A DNA stretch of 64,000 nt from an uncultured Erysipelotrichaceae bacterium. GTDB taxonomy: Bacteria > Bacillota_I > Bacilli_A > RF39 > UBA660. The translations under genes and the position numbers were made by a program. Below, one piece after another: positions 27,327 through 37,308 of this stretch (positions are counted from its first letter, which is position 1; the number at the start of each line of letters is the position of its first letter). Location of the stretch: the NCBI GenBank assembly GCA_902794075.1, contig CADBGE010000001.1:208137-272136 (forward strand). The letters are read 5' to 3'. Under the pieces are notes generated by a model, which saw only the letters and a list, made by a program, of their open reading frames with translations, was not told the origin of the DNA and did not search any database.

Positions 27327-27348
27327 TAAATTATATTTAATATAATTT

Positions 27349-29148
27349 TTAGCTTATTGTTGCTGTAACTTGTGTAAGATCTGCTAAACTAATTGTTTGA
27401 GTAAATTGACTATCTGCAAATAAACTAAAATCATTTGTTGTATCAGGACCAATTTTAACTTTTAATCCACTATCATGTGGAGTTACTTTTATAGTTGGCG
27501 CAGAACCAGCTGTTACATGGCCTTGATCATCAACAGCAAATTTATATAATCCTTCTGTTTTTGTTTTTCCAGTATTAGCATGAGCAATTGTTAACTTATC
27601 TTTATCTGTTGTAGTTAATTGTATACCATTGCTTGGAACAAAATAAACTTTACTATTTGAACCACTTAAATTTAATTCATAATTTCCTGATGTTCCAGCG
27701 GTCTTATTAACAAATGCATGTGTTTGGTCTTGAGGAGTGTCAGTTGAATAAATATTAGCTGCAGTATATGCAGTAATATGACCGTATTCATTAATTGTTA
27801 AACCAGTAATTACTTTTTGCTTATTAGTGCTACCGGTTACATCCTTATCTGATGGAGTAACATTTGACACACTATGAGTATTATGATTAATGTGATTATT
27901 ACTTGAATCAATAGTTATTTCATTTCCACTATAATATAATGTATTCTTTGAATAAATATCAGCAGCAGTATATGATGTAACATGACCATAACTATTTACT
28001 GTAATACCTGTAATTACTTTTTGCTGTCCTGTTGTACCAGTTACATCTTTATTAGATGCTTGAGGATTACTTGTTCCTGCCGAAGTTGTTTCATGAGTAA
28101 TATGTACGTCATCTGCAAGTGTTTCATCTGTAACAACAATAGCAGTATTATCTGAAATAATTTTTATAGTTTTATTCGCCTTTGCAGAAGAATCACCTAA
28201 TTCATTCCAAGAATTGCCATTCCAAATATATTCTTTTTTATCTGCTCCAGCACCTGATAATACAATATCTCCATTTTTTGGAGTTATTGATTCATTATTA
28301 ATTGTTATAGGTTTAGTAGTTGCACCATCTGTTAATGTTGTAGATGTAACACCACGATAATTCATTGCAGAAATAACAAGACTGTCAGCATGTGCAATTG
28401 CTTCAGCCTTAGCTTTATCAATAGCATTTTGAGTAGGAACACTATAATGTTTAACATTATTCGCAGTAACAGATTCACCATTTGAACCAGACATTGTTAT
28501 TGTTTCACTCTTAAGAACATCTACAGAATATGTAGTTACCGCAACAGATTCAGCTGAACTTTTAGGGGTAATTGACGCTGAAGTTAACTTATGATCTTCA
28601 TCAGTTCCCCAATCAATAGTAGTTCCATTATATTTTAATACTTGACCTGATGCAGTTGGAGCATTAATAAATCCAGTTGTATCAGCTCCAGTTTGATATG
28701 CTATTTTTTTAGCTCCACCACCCTTAATATTAGTTGATTTGTTAACTGTTGGAGATAAAGATGTACCTAATGGAGTAGATGATAATGTAATATCTCCAGT
28801 AAAACCAATATTATGATTATGATCATTTTTTGCAATATTATAACCACTTATAACAAATTTATTTGCGGTAGTATTATCAATACTAATATATGCTCCACCT
28901 TCAATTGAAACTGATCCTGTTGCATTATGTGCACCGCTTAATGAAATATTATATGAATTTGCAGCTTTAGTTAATGAAATGCCTGTTGTTATATGATCAT
29001 TTACAGAACCAGCTGTTATACCAATTGCTTCTTGTACAGATGTATATGAATTTGTTCCATAATCATATTGCACAGCAGCTGCAACAGTTACTGGCACATA
29101 TGTTAAGGTGCCGTTAGTTAATTTTATTATTTTTGTATTTGTTGCCAT
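27349..29148 (-). CDS. Long tail fibre paralog (599 aa)
   Basis: N-terminus MATNTKIIKLTNGTLTYVPVT matches the anchor motif. The body is Thr/Ser/Gly/Asn-rich with internal repeats (KDVTGTTGQQKVITGITVNSYGHVTSYTAADIYS occurs twice). Confidence 0.7.
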   Translation of the reverse strand: MATNTKIIKLTNGTLTYVPVTVAAAVQYDYGTNSYTSVQEAIGITAGSVNDHITTGISLTKAANSYNISLSGAHNATGSVSIEGGAYISIDNTTANKFVISGYNIAKNDHNHNIGFTGDITLSSTPLGTSLSPTVNKSTNIKGGGAKKIAYQTGADTTGFINAPTASGQVLKYNGTTIDWGTDEDHKLTSASITPKSSAESVAVTTYSVDVLKSETITMSGSNGESVTANNVKHYSVPTQNAIDKAKAEAIAHADSLVISAMNYRGVTSTTLTDGATTKPITINNESITPKNGDIVLSGAGADKKEYIWNGNSWNELGDSSAKANKTIKIISDNTAIVVTDETLADDVHITHETTSAGTSNPQASNKDVTGTTGQQKVITGITVNSYGHVTSYTAADIYSKNTLYYSGNEITIDSSNNHINHNTHSVSNVTPSDKDVTGSTNKQKVITGLTINEYGHITAYTAANIYSTDTPQDQTHAFVNKTAGTSGNYELNLSGSNSKVYFVPSNGIQLTTTDKDKLTIAHANTGKTKTEGLYKFAVDDQGHVTAGSAPTIKVTPHDSGLKVKIGPDTTNDFSLFADSQFTQTISLADLTQVTATIS

Positions 29149-29177
29149 TTATATCTTAAACAATATTTTTTTTATTT

Positions 29178-29190
29178 TATAATTAAAAAT
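29178..29190 (-). promoter_or_regulatory. Promoter-like ATTTTTAATTATA motif upstream of gene start at 29148
   Basis: Same motif family as 27261. Immediately follows terminator 29194-29217 in the direction of transcription. Confidence 0.4.
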
Positions 29191-29193
29191 AAA

Positions 29194-29217
29194 ATGGGTG
29201 GGTGCGCACCCACCCAT
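29194..29217. terminator. Rho-independent terminator (palindrome ATGGGTGGGTGC|GCACCCACCCAT)
   Basis: 12-bp perfect inverted repeat, followed on the minus strand by TTTTATTTTT. Downstream of 29245-30834. Confidence 0.75.
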
Positions 29218-29244
29218 AATTATATTGTTATTTTATTATATCTA

Positions 29245-30834
29245 TTATGCTTCTGGATTAAATATGTTTGCAACTTCACCATTCCATGATGCAACCTGTT
29301 CATATTGTAATTTAGAAACATTTCCAAGAGCGCTATCATCAACAGTTAATGTAACATTATTACCGTCTTTTGCAGCAGAAATCTTAACATATGTATTGTC
29401 ATTGTCGCCAATAATACTGGTTACAGCATTTCCACCATTATCCGAAATCTTATTGGCAATCTTATTTAATGCATCATGTAAATTAGTTGGAAGATTTCCG
29501 CTGCCAAGTAATTTATAAAGACCTGATTCAGAATTAAATGTAGTAGTCTTAACATTTTCATCAGTTAAACCAATATATGAAGCAGCTGTTAACTTACCAT
29601 CAGTCTCTGTTACACCCGTCATTACATAGCTGAAATTGTTTTCTGTCTTAGCAGCAATTTCAGAATCAAGACCAGCAATTAAATCACCAGTATATGCGTT
29701 AGCATTAGCTTCAGCGGTATTAATAGCAGATTGAACACCACTTAACTTAATACCATCAGATTCAACTGTCAAGAATTCTTCAGAACTAGCGTCTAAACCA
29801 ACAGCAATTGTAGAACCAGTTTTTACAATACCATTTCCACGTTCTGCTTGTGTAAAGAATTTAGATATATCAATCTTAGTTATAGAATACGTGCCATTTG
29901 CAAGTTTATGAACAAAATTCATACTTTGTGCGTCATCAACACTATTCTTTGTTACAGTACCAGTTGTAGCATCAACCGTATCGTTATTTGCGCCAAGATA
30001 TACTTCTACTAATGTGCTGTCTGCTGGTATATCAATAGTTTCTGCAACAGCAGTTGCAGTGCCTCCATTTATTGATTGCATTAATTGGTATCTTGCACCT
30101 ACAGTTGCAGGTAGATCAGTTGTTACTTTATTAATAGTATAACGAGCAGCATCACCAACAGCAGCGTCAATCTCAGTTTGTAAATGTTCAAGTGTTGCCT
30201 GTGTACTTAATGTTGTAGCAGGACTATCACCAGCAATATTAAATTTATTATTACTGTTATCTACATCAACATATTGTGCGTCAATATTGCCTGGAGTTGC
30301 AGTAACAAGACCGTCAGTTTCAGAAACAGAAATAATTGCCTTTCCTGCTGAAGTCATTTCAGATTTATCAAGTCCTTGAATAGCATTTGTAATTTGTGTT
30401 TGAACACTGCCTTCACCATCACCGGCAAGACCTGCTAATGTTGCTTGAAGACCTTCAATAGCAGATTTAACGTTACTGTTACCATTGTATGAAACAACAG
30501 AAGCATCAAGCCAAATTTGATTATATGAAGTTAATTTACCGGCAGCTTCAGTTATGCTTCCAAATACATATCCATTATCTGCTGTAATTGTAGAATTAAG
30601 ACCATTTATGGAATCACTAGTATATGATTTTGCTGTTTCTAAATCACTATTACCCTTATTTAGTAAATATGTAAGAGCATCTTGAACACTTAACGCATTA
30701 TCTACATTATATCCAGAAAATTTTGTTTTATCGGCATTAGCAAGTTCAATCAATTTAGCTTTAGAAATAGGAAGAATTTGTTCTGTTCCATTATTAAGAA
30801 GAACTGCTAATGAAGCATTATATTTATTTCCCAT
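29245..30834 (-). CDS. Tail fibre paralog (529 aa)
   Basis: N-terminus ...VLLNNGTEQILPISKAKLIEL is an anchor-motif variant. Ala/Thr/Gly/Asn-rich fibre-like body. Confidence 0.65.
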   Translation of the reverse strand: MGNKYNASLAVLLNNGTEQILPISKAKLIELANADKTKFSGYNVDNALSVQDALTYLLNKGNSDLETAKSYTSDSINGLNSTITADNGYVFGSITEAAGKLTSYNQIWLDASVVSYNGNSNVKSAIEGLQATLAGLAGDGEGSVQTQITNAIQGLDKSEMTSAGKAIISVSETDGLVTATPGNIDAQYVDVDNSNNKFNIAGDSPATTLSTQATLEHLQTEIDAAVGDAARYTINKVTTDLPATVGARYQLMQSINGGTATAVAETIDIPADSTLVEVYLGANNDTVDATTGTVTKNSVDDAQSMNFVHKLANGTYSITKIDISKFFTQAERGNGIVKTGSTIAVGLDASSEEFLTVESDGIKLSGVQSAINTAEANANAYTGDLIAGLDSEIAAKTENNFSYVMTGVTETDGKLTAASYIGLTDENVKTTTFNSESGLYKLLGSGNLPTNLHDALNKIANKISDNGGNAVTSIIGDNDNTYVKISAAKDGNNVTLTVDDSALGNVSKLQYEQVASWNGEVANIFNPEA

Positions 30835-30877
30835 AATTTTTTATAATTTATTAATATATTTTTTCTTAATTTATTTT

Positions 30878-32563
30878 TTAAGGATTTGTAGTTTCTGAAG
30901 TAATACCGTGCATCTGCAAGAAACCTTCAGTTACACCATCAGTTGATGTTCCAGAATCATATTTAAGTGAGCTAGTTAAACTAACAACACCATTAGAAAC
31001 AGTTCCAGCAGTTCCATCAAGAGTTACACCAGTTATGTGTGATACAGAAGCAGTCTCAAGTGCCTCAACTTTAGTCTCAAGAGTATCAACACGATCTTCA
31101 AGAGCACTTACCTTAGTATCAATTTCATTAGTAACAGTTCCAAGAATGCTCTTAATAGAAACTACAGAATAAGACTTAGCATTATCAACCTTCCAAATAA
31201 ATACCAAAGCAGGAAGTTCTGCAAGTTCTTCAGTGGATAATGTCATACCACTTGGAAGTTTGGTTGCAACATCACTTTGAGAATTTATATAGTATACAGA
31301 ATCCAAGAACTGATCTTTAGGAATATTAATAGTTCCAATTGTTTCAGAATTCTGAGTTAGTGTATAAACCTTTGCAAAGTCTGTACTATCTGATGGAGTT
31401 ACAGTAACTTTATACTTACCATCAAGCGCAGTTGCATTAGATGCAGCTGCAAGTTCTTTAATCTTACTATCATATTCATCATAGAACTCTTGAACTGTCT
31501 TTTGTCCATCAGTATGCTCAACTGGAGTACCTTCTACAGTAACTGTATAACTATAAGTAACATTAATGTTATCTGCGTCTAATCCACCTTCTATTTGTGA
31601 AGGCTGAATCATACCAGAGATATTGTTTGCATATGTAGTTACACCTGTAAGATCTAACTTAGATTCATCAATCGTTAAACCAGAACTTGTTTCCTTTAAT
31701 TTTCCATCAGAATTTAAAATTAAACCAACTGATACTGCACCATTCTTTTCTATTCCGTCGCCAGTACCTTGAACAAGTATTGTATTAGGTGTTGATGATG
31801 CAACTGAATTAACTGCTCCTTTTACGGCATTATCAATTGTTCTGTCTAATGCATTTACCTTAGTTTCTAATGCATCAAGTGCACCATCTACATTAGTAAC
31901 ACTATTAAATATAGTTGTTGTATTAGAAGGTTCAAATGAAACAGCTGACGCGTCTATTGAAAGATTTCCTTCAGGGAATAAATCATTAACCTTTGCATAA
32001 GCATATTCAAGGTCAGATTTAGCATCAGTTAAATCACTTTCCAATGTACCTACTCGGCTTTCTAATGAATCAATATCAGATTCTGCTGTAGTAACTCGTG
32101 TTGTTAATCCGTCAACATTACCATTAATTGTTGAAATGCTAGAATTCAGTTCTGTTTTATTATTGTCTATCTTTGTATCAATAGCCTCTATAACCTTTTG
32201 AACTGATACATAAGATATTCCATCAGGTCCTCCATTATAATCATTTTCAAGATCACTAAAATAAGAACTATTATCAAATACTATATATGAAGCATAATCT
32301 GGTTTTTGAACGTATGATGAAAAATAAGCAAATGCTTCATTAATAGAATCAGTAAGTGTATTAAATCGTGTATCCTGATTTGTTAATGTTGAATTAATGT
32401 CATCGATATAGCTGTTGACATTATTTAAATCACCACTTAAAGTATCAAGATAACTTCTTACGTCTATACCATTTTTATATTCTACATAGTACGATAACGT
32501 AATTGGTAACAACGCATTACCTTGATTGTCTTTCAGTAATATATTTTTATAGTTTGTTGCCAT
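30878..32563 (-). CDS. Tail fibre paralog (561 aa)
   Basis: N-terminus MATNYKNILLKDNQGNALLPITLSYYVEY. Coiled-coil-like segments (LESRVGTLESDLTDAKSDLEYAYAKVNDL). Confidence 0.65.
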   Translation of the reverse strand: MATNYKNILLKDNQGNALLPITLSYYVEYKNGIDVRSYLDTLSGDLNNVNSYIDDINSTLTNQDTRFNTLTDSINEAFAYFSSYVQKPDYASYIVFDNSSYFSDLENDYNGGPDGISYVSVQKVIEAIDTKIDNNKTELNSSISTINGNVDGLTTRVTTAESDIDSLESRVGTLESDLTDAKSDLEYAYAKVNDLFPEGNLSIDASAVSFEPSNTTTIFNSVTNVDGALDALETKVNALDRTIDNAVKGAVNSVASSTPNTILVQGTGDGIEKNGAVSVGLILNSDGKLKETSSGLTIDESKLDLTGVTTYANNISGMIQPSQIEGGLDADNINVTYSYTVTVEGTPVEHTDGQKTVQEFYDEYDSKIKELAAASNATALDGKYKVTVTPSDSTDFAKVYTLTQNSETIGTINIPKDQFLDSVYYINSQSDVATKLPSGMTLSTEELAELPALVFIWKVDNAKSYSVVSIKSILGTVTNEIDTKVSALEDRVDTLETKVEALETASVSHITGVTLDGTAGTVSNGVVSLTSSLKYDSGTSTDGVTEGFLQMHGITSETTNP

Positions 32564-32601
32564 ATTTTTTTGTAATATATATTATGTATTTTAGTTTTTT
32601 A

Positions 32602-33783
32602 TTATTCTTGTGACTGTATAAATGCATCACTTAACTTATAATCTTTTCCAAATGTATCGTATTCTGAATACTTACTTACATATGTATATATATTAGTTAC
32701 TTCAGTATTCATATCATTTCTAAGTTGTGCAATATCATCTGCATTATTATTTATTAATGTTGTTAAGTCGTTCTTTGCATCACTAATACTATTGTCAATA
32801 TAGTTCTTGACATTTGACATGTCACCAACCCAATTTCCGTTCTCATCTATGAACTTAAACTTACTTTCAGCATTTGCAAGAACAACTTCATTGTTTACTA
32901 CAAGTTGTCCAAGTTCATTAATATATATAGATCTATTATCTACTATCTCAGACGTATTTACACTAACTTTATTGTCATCACTAATGTTTATACCAAAACC
33001 TGCTGTATATGAATGTATATACGATAATATATTAGTTACATCTATTGTATGCTGAGCAGCAAGTTCATCAACAACTCCAGACAATTCACTATTAAGTTGG
33101 ATTAAGTATTCTCGAAGTTGAGTTAGCTTATCATCAGTTTCATTTGATAACTTTTCAATGTTTGACGAAGTATATGCGTATGCTAAATCATTATTTCCAG
33201 ATACTATTCCTTGAAGTTGCGCAACTTCATTATCTATTTCAGTTAACTTATCTGATGTTTCACTAAATAATGAATAAGCATATTCATATGACAAATCCTG
33301 TGCCTCATTTATGTCACGTGATAATTCATAATGCTTTTGAGCAGATCTTTCTTCAAGATCATTTACTAATGACTGAGATCGTGAATATGAATATTCTAAG
33401 TTTCTTTCTATTAATTCATTGGCCTGATTTATTTTATTAAATGCATCAGATAGACCACTAGTTATTTGAGAATTAAGAATAGCAAGTTCATCATCTAAAT
33501 TCTTAGTGTTGTCAATAAGAACATATGCTGATGAAGTTATTGGATATAATTTTCCATCTTCATTATTATTTATCATCACAGGAGTACCTGCTCCAGTTGA
33601 TGCGAAAATATCGTCAATCTTATCAAATCTTGGAAAATTCTTGGTAAATTCATATGAAGTATGAAGACTATCTATGATTTCATTGATTTTTCCAACTGTT
33701 GCATTATATTCATATGCATGAAGTATATTACCACGATACTTTATTGGAATGTTAAGATGTTCAATATATGTTAATTCTGCCAT
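32602..33783 (-). CDS. Fibre-associated coiled-coil protein (paralog of 35573-36226)
   Basis: Shares the N-terminal motif NIPIKYRGNILHAYEYNATVGKINEIIDSLH with TIPRKFKGDTLHALEFNDVVDKINEIRRHLN of 35573. Confidence 0.6.
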   Translation of the reverse strand: MAELTYIEHLNIPIKYRGNILHAYEYNATVGKINEIIDSLHTSYEFTKNFPRFDKIDDIFASTGAGTPVMINNNEDGKLYPITSSAYVLIDNTKNLDDELAILNSQITSGLSDAFNKINQANELIERNLEYSYSRSQSLVNDLEERSAQKHYELSRDINEAQDLSYEYAYSLFSETSDKLTEIDNEVAQLQGIVSGNNDLAYAYTSSNIEKLSNETDDKLTQLREYLIQLNSELSGVVDELAAQHTIDVTNILSYIHSYTAGFGINISDDNKVSVNTSEIVDNRSIYINELGQLVVNNEVVLANAESKFKFIDENGNWVGDMSNVKNYIDNSISDAKNDLTTLINNNADDIAQLRNDMNTEVTNIYTYVSKYSEYDTFGKDYKLSDAFIQSQE

Positions 33784-33816
33784 ACAGTTAAGTGATATGA
33801 AACTATTTTATATATA

Positions 33817-33832
33817 ATATAATTAAAAATAA
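33817..33832 (-). promoter_or_regulatory. Promoter-like ATTTTTAATTATAT motif upstream of start at 33783
   Basis: Motif family as above. Downstream of terminator 33852-33877 in the direction of transcription. Confidence 0.4.
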
Positions 33833-33851
33833 TTTAGAATGAAAGCATAAA

Positions 33852-33877
33852 AAATCCTGGTCTTAAGACCAGGATTT
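33852..33877. terminator. Rho-independent terminator (AAATCCTGGTCTTAAGACCAGGATTT)
   Basis: Perfect 11-bp stem. On the minus strand it is followed by TTTTTTAT. Downstream of fibre 33903-35525. Confidence 0.75.
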
Positions 33878-33902
33878 GTTCATTTATGTTAAATTAGAAT
33901 TT

Positions 33903-35525
33903 TTAGAGAGATACATCATCAATATTGGTGAAACCTGTAGCTTCCTCAAAATATACACCAGCAGCAAGTACTTCATCAACAGTATGAGTAGTTGCAGATG
34001 TATCAGAACCAATCTTGTAAGTATTTGAAGTATTAATCTGATTAGCATTAACTGTAACTTCACCGTTTGCATTAGGTGCTTGGTTATTTACTTTCTTAAC
34101 TGCAGCGCCGTTAAGTGTATCGATGCGAGCTGCAAGTTTTCCTAATGTGTTGTTATCTGTATTAGCATTACCAAGTAATTCTGTCTTAACTGCAGCAGCA
34201 GCTCCCGCAGCTTCAACTTCAACAGAATCAACGGCAGTAATCTTACCATCAACTTCAGTAACACCACTTACAACGAATGTACCATTATGCTGTGCTGTAC
34301 CGGTTGCATCAAGATCTGCATCAAGTGCTTCAATAGCAGTTTGGATTTGAGTAGCAACTGAACCACCATTACCAAGTTCACCTTCAATACGTGCGATTGC
34401 CTGTGCAACAGTTTCCTCAGTAACATTGTTTTGAGCATCAGCTTCACGATAAATAATCTTGGACGCAGCAATCTTACCAATTGTCGCTGTAATCTTATGA
34501 TTTGCATCCTGTGATAATGTTACTTCAGCGGTAGATTCTACTGAGTTATATTCAATAAGTGAAGCAACATCAATATAGAACGGATTACCATTTTGAATTG
34601 TCAACTTAATGAATGTACCATCATTGTTCTCACCATCTTTATATACAATTTCACCACTAACTGCAACTAAGTCCTTAGGAATATTGATAGTACCTATAGA
34701 ATTACCGCCTTGAGAAATTGTGTACACTTTAAGAACATCACCTGAGCCAGCTGCTTCAGTTAATGATACAGTGTAACTTGATTTAAGAGCATTAATTTCA
34801 CTAGTTAATGCAGCATCAGCAGCCTGATAAGCAGTAATGATTGCACTATCAGCAGCGGTATAAGAAGAAATAATAGCAGTATCTGCTTGAGTATAACCAG
34901 TGATGATTGCAGCATCAGCGTTTTCATAAGCAGTAATGATAGCAGAATCAGCCTCTTCAGAAGCAGTCTTTGTAATATAAGCAGCCTCAATAGCATTTAC
35001 CTTATTTGTAAGAGTTTGTAAACCTTCTGAAGTTGCAATAGAACCAAGATCTACATAGCGACCGTTTGTCTCATCACTTGCAACAGTAACAAACGTATCA
35101 TTCAACTTAACTTTTGATAAGAACTTGCCATCAGCATAATCTTTAGCATTTTGCTCAGCAGCATTTGCTTTTGTTTCAGCCCATGCATAAGAATTTGCTT
35201 GAGCAGCAGCAGCATCAGCAGCAGATTGAGCATATGCAAGTGCAAGATATGCAGTGTCTTGTGCATCTACATAATTAGCAACAGCACGTTGATTTTCAAG
35301 AACTCCTTCAAGAGCATTCTTTATTTTGGTTAAATCAGCATCCCAAGCTGCTTTGTTAGTGTTGACATAACTTACAAGAGCCTGCAATGCGTCTTGTACT
35401 GATTTGGAGGTCCAGCCACCATCAATGTCTAAACCTGTAATTGCAGATACTTGTACAAGTTGTGATCTGGTCAACGGTAGTACAACACTACCTTGACGAT
35501 CTTTAAGTTTTATAACTTTTGCCAT
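33903..35525 (-). CDS. Tail fibre paralog with intragenic 10-aa tandem repeat
   Basis: N-terminus MAKVIKLKDRQGSVVLPLTRSQLVQV. Contains 5 copies of AD(S/A/T)AII(T/S).Y..., encoded by a 30-bp DNA tandem repeat at about 34806-34960. The C-terminal 'NIPKD' beta module is shared with 30878. Confidence 0.7.
   Translation of the reverse strand: MAKVIKLKDRQGSVVLPLTRSQLVQVSAITGLDIDGGWTSKSVQDALQALVSYVNTNKAAWDADLTKIKNALEGVLENQRAVANYVDAQDTAYLALAYAQSAADAAAAQANSYAWAETKANAAEQNAKDYADGKFLSKVKLNDTFVTVASDETNGRYVDLGSIATSEGLQTLTNKVNAIEAAYITKTASEEADSAIITAYENADAAIITGYTQADTAIISSYTAADSAIITAYQAADAALTSEINALKSSYTVSLTEAAGSGDVLKVYTISQGGNSIGTINIPKDLVAVSGEIVYKDGENNDGTFIKLTIQNGNPFYIDVASLIEYNSVESTAEVTLSQDANHKITATIGKIAASKIIYREADAQNNVTEETVAQAIARIEGELGNGGSVATQIQTAIEALDADLDATGTAQHNGTFVVSGVTEVDGKITAVDSVEVEAAGAAAAVKTELLGNANTDNNTLGKLAARIDTLNGAAVKKVNNQAPNANGEVTVNANQINTSNTYKIGSDTSATTHTVDEVLAAGVYFEEATGFTNIDDVSL
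34806..34960. repeat. 30-bp period intragenic tandem repeat (about 5 copies) within fibre gene
   Basis: Repeating GCAGCATCAGC...GTAATGATNGCA units are visible directly in the sequence. They encode the decapeptide repeat ADxAIIxxYx. Confidence 0.7.
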
Positions 35526-35572
35526 AGTATTTTTATAATTTTATTATATATATTTCTATTATTTAAAAAATA

Positions 35573-36226
35573 TTAATCATGATATTCACCATCATATAGA
35601 TCATCATTATTGTCATATATGATTTTTTGTTCAACTGTTGGTTCAGTTCTTACATCATAATCAAATGTAAGAGTCGTGTCATTTATATGAGTGTATAAAC
35701 GTGTGTATGATTCATCAGTATATTCTTTTGCTTGTTCTACAGATGATTGAACTGCAGCTGTATATGAATTTTCTATTCTATCATCTACAGTATTTAATTC
35801 ATCCTTCATATCGTTTATTTCATTACCATATATACCTAAAGTTTCACCAATTGAATCAAGATTAGATAATATATCATTAATGTTTGAACTATTTGTAGAA
35901 ATTTTTTCATCTGATGAATTAAGCTTAATATTTATTTCATTTAATTCATCAAGTATTGATTTTGTGGAATTTTCATTAATAGGTATATTATCTGCTCTTA
36001 ATGACAATTGAACATTATTTATCTTATCCAATATATATGAAGTTGTTTCTGTTATTGTGTCGCGGACTGGTCCATTTAAATGTCTGCGTATTTCATTTAT
36101 CTTATCTACAACATCATTAAATTCTAATGCGTGTAGTGTGTCACCCTTAAATTTTCTAGGTATAGTTAAACTATCTATAAAGGTCATTGTTTCATTGATA
36201 TTGTCATATATATCGTTCATACACAA
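35573..36226 (-). CDS. Fibre-associated coiled-coil protein (paralog of 32602-33783)
   Basis: See 32602-33783. It opens the fibre cassette in the direction of transcription. Confidence 0.6.
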   Translation of the reverse strand: MCMNDIYDNINETMTFIDSLTIPRKFKGDTLHALEFNDVVDKINEIRRHLNGPVRDTITETTSYILDKINNVQLSLRADNIPINENSTKSILDELNEINIKLNSSDEKISTNSSNINDILSNLDSIGETLGIYGNEINDMKDELNTVDDRIENSYTAAVQSSVEQAKEYTDESYTRLYTHINDTTLTFDYDVRTEPTVEQKIIYDNNDDLYDGEYHD

Positions 36227-36408
36227 TTATTACAAGCAAATATTATAAGTTATATATTTAATAATAAATTTAGTTTAGTTAAAATTACAAAAAACAATAA
36301 AAATGGATCATCTCATTTCACAATGGGACAATCCAATTAAAATGTGTTTCTTTATTTTAATATTTCCTTGTTCTTCTAACTATTCGTTTCACAACGAAAA
36401 TTTATTGT

Positions 36409-36846
36409 TCAATCTTCTTTTTTGTCATCCTTCTTTGTTCTTTTTCTAGTAACTTTCTTTTTAGGTTTTTCGTCTTTTTCTGTCTGTTGAGATTCCGCAG
36501 AAACATTCTTTGAATTCTTTTCTACTTTTTCAGATAATTGTTGTTTATTAGATTTCTTAGTATATGTTCGTTTAACTTTATCTGTTTTTTCAGTATTTTT
36601 TATAGTATTGTTGATCTTTTCAATTTTTTTGCTTTCATTGATAACCTCTTTCTTAACATTGTCATTGATTGTTTCCTCTTTTGTTACTTTAGCATTGTCA
36701 ATGTTCTTTTCAAATAGCTTTGAATTATCATTGTTATTATTCACAACTGCGGGCTTGTTATTAATCTCAACAGGATCTTTGCATGTGCAAACTTTATTAT
36801 TCTTTTTAAATAATTTTTTCAACCAATTAGTAAAATTTTTGAACAT
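36409..36846 (-). CDS. Lysine-rich, highly basic low-complexity protein (possible DNA-binding / internal virion protein)
   Basis: 145 aa and strongly K-rich (..KKVTRKRTKKDDKKED). A CTCK motif lies near the N-terminus. Confidence 0.55.
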   Translation of the reverse strand: MFKNFTNWLKKLFKKNNKVCTCKDPVEINNKPAVVNNNNDNSKLFEKNIDNAKVTKEETINDNVKKEVINESKKIEKINNTIKNTEKTDKVKRTYTKKSNKQQLSEKVEKNSKNVSAESQQTEKDEKPKKKVTRKRTKKDDKKED

Positions 36847-36903
36847 AATATATTATCTTTATTTATATATATAAAAATATAAACTTTTTCTAAAAATCAA
36901 CGG

Positions 36904-37233
36904 TTATTTCGTACCAAATGTTTCATCTAATATTTCTTGATTAATTTCATCCGAAATTTCTTTTCCATATTTTACTGGGATGTCAGAATCATTAACTACT
37001 ATTTTTTCGGATGACTCAATTCCATAGTTAAGTCCTTTATAAAAACCCGCGTTATATAATGTTTCAAGAAATTTTATTATTGGAAACATATCATTTAATT
37101 CATTTATTAACTTTGTACACTTGAATACTTCGGTTATTTTCATAAGAGCAGATAAAAAATATTCCTGTCTATCTTTTTCCATCTCAATTCTATATTCTGC
37201 TCCTATTTTGTCAAGATGTTCATCAAGTGTCAT
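36904..37233 (-). CDS. Hypothetical protein (109 aa)
   Basis: ATG ORF located between two terminator-flanked units. Confidence 0.55.
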   Translation of the reverse strand: MTLDEHLDKIGAEYRIEMEKDRQEYFLSALMKITEVFKCTKLINELNDMFPIIKFLETLYNAGFYKGLNYGIESSEKIVVNDSDIPVKYGKEISDEINQEILDETFGTK

Positions 37234-37260
37234 AAACTAAAAAATAAATTTTTATATTTA

Positions 37261-37286
37261 AAAGTGCGATCATATGATCGCACTTT
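37261..37286. terminator. Rho-independent terminator (AAAGTGCGATCATATGATCGCACTTT)
   Basis: Perfect palindrome downstream of the ssb stop (37309). T-tract on the minus strand. Confidence 0.75.
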
Positions 37287-37308
37287 CATATGATATATTT
37301 ATCAATCC

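Noticed and set aside
32807-36874. Short ORFs on either strand inside the fibre cassette and the K-rich gene (32807-33055, 33884-34072, 34123-34350, 34268-34507, 34805-34996, 35151-35333, 36057-36248, 36608-36874).
   Set aside because: Leu/Arg/Ser-rich translations are typical of wrong-frame reads of Ala/Thr/Ser-rich fibre genes. 34805-34996 is just the tandem-repeat region read in another frame.
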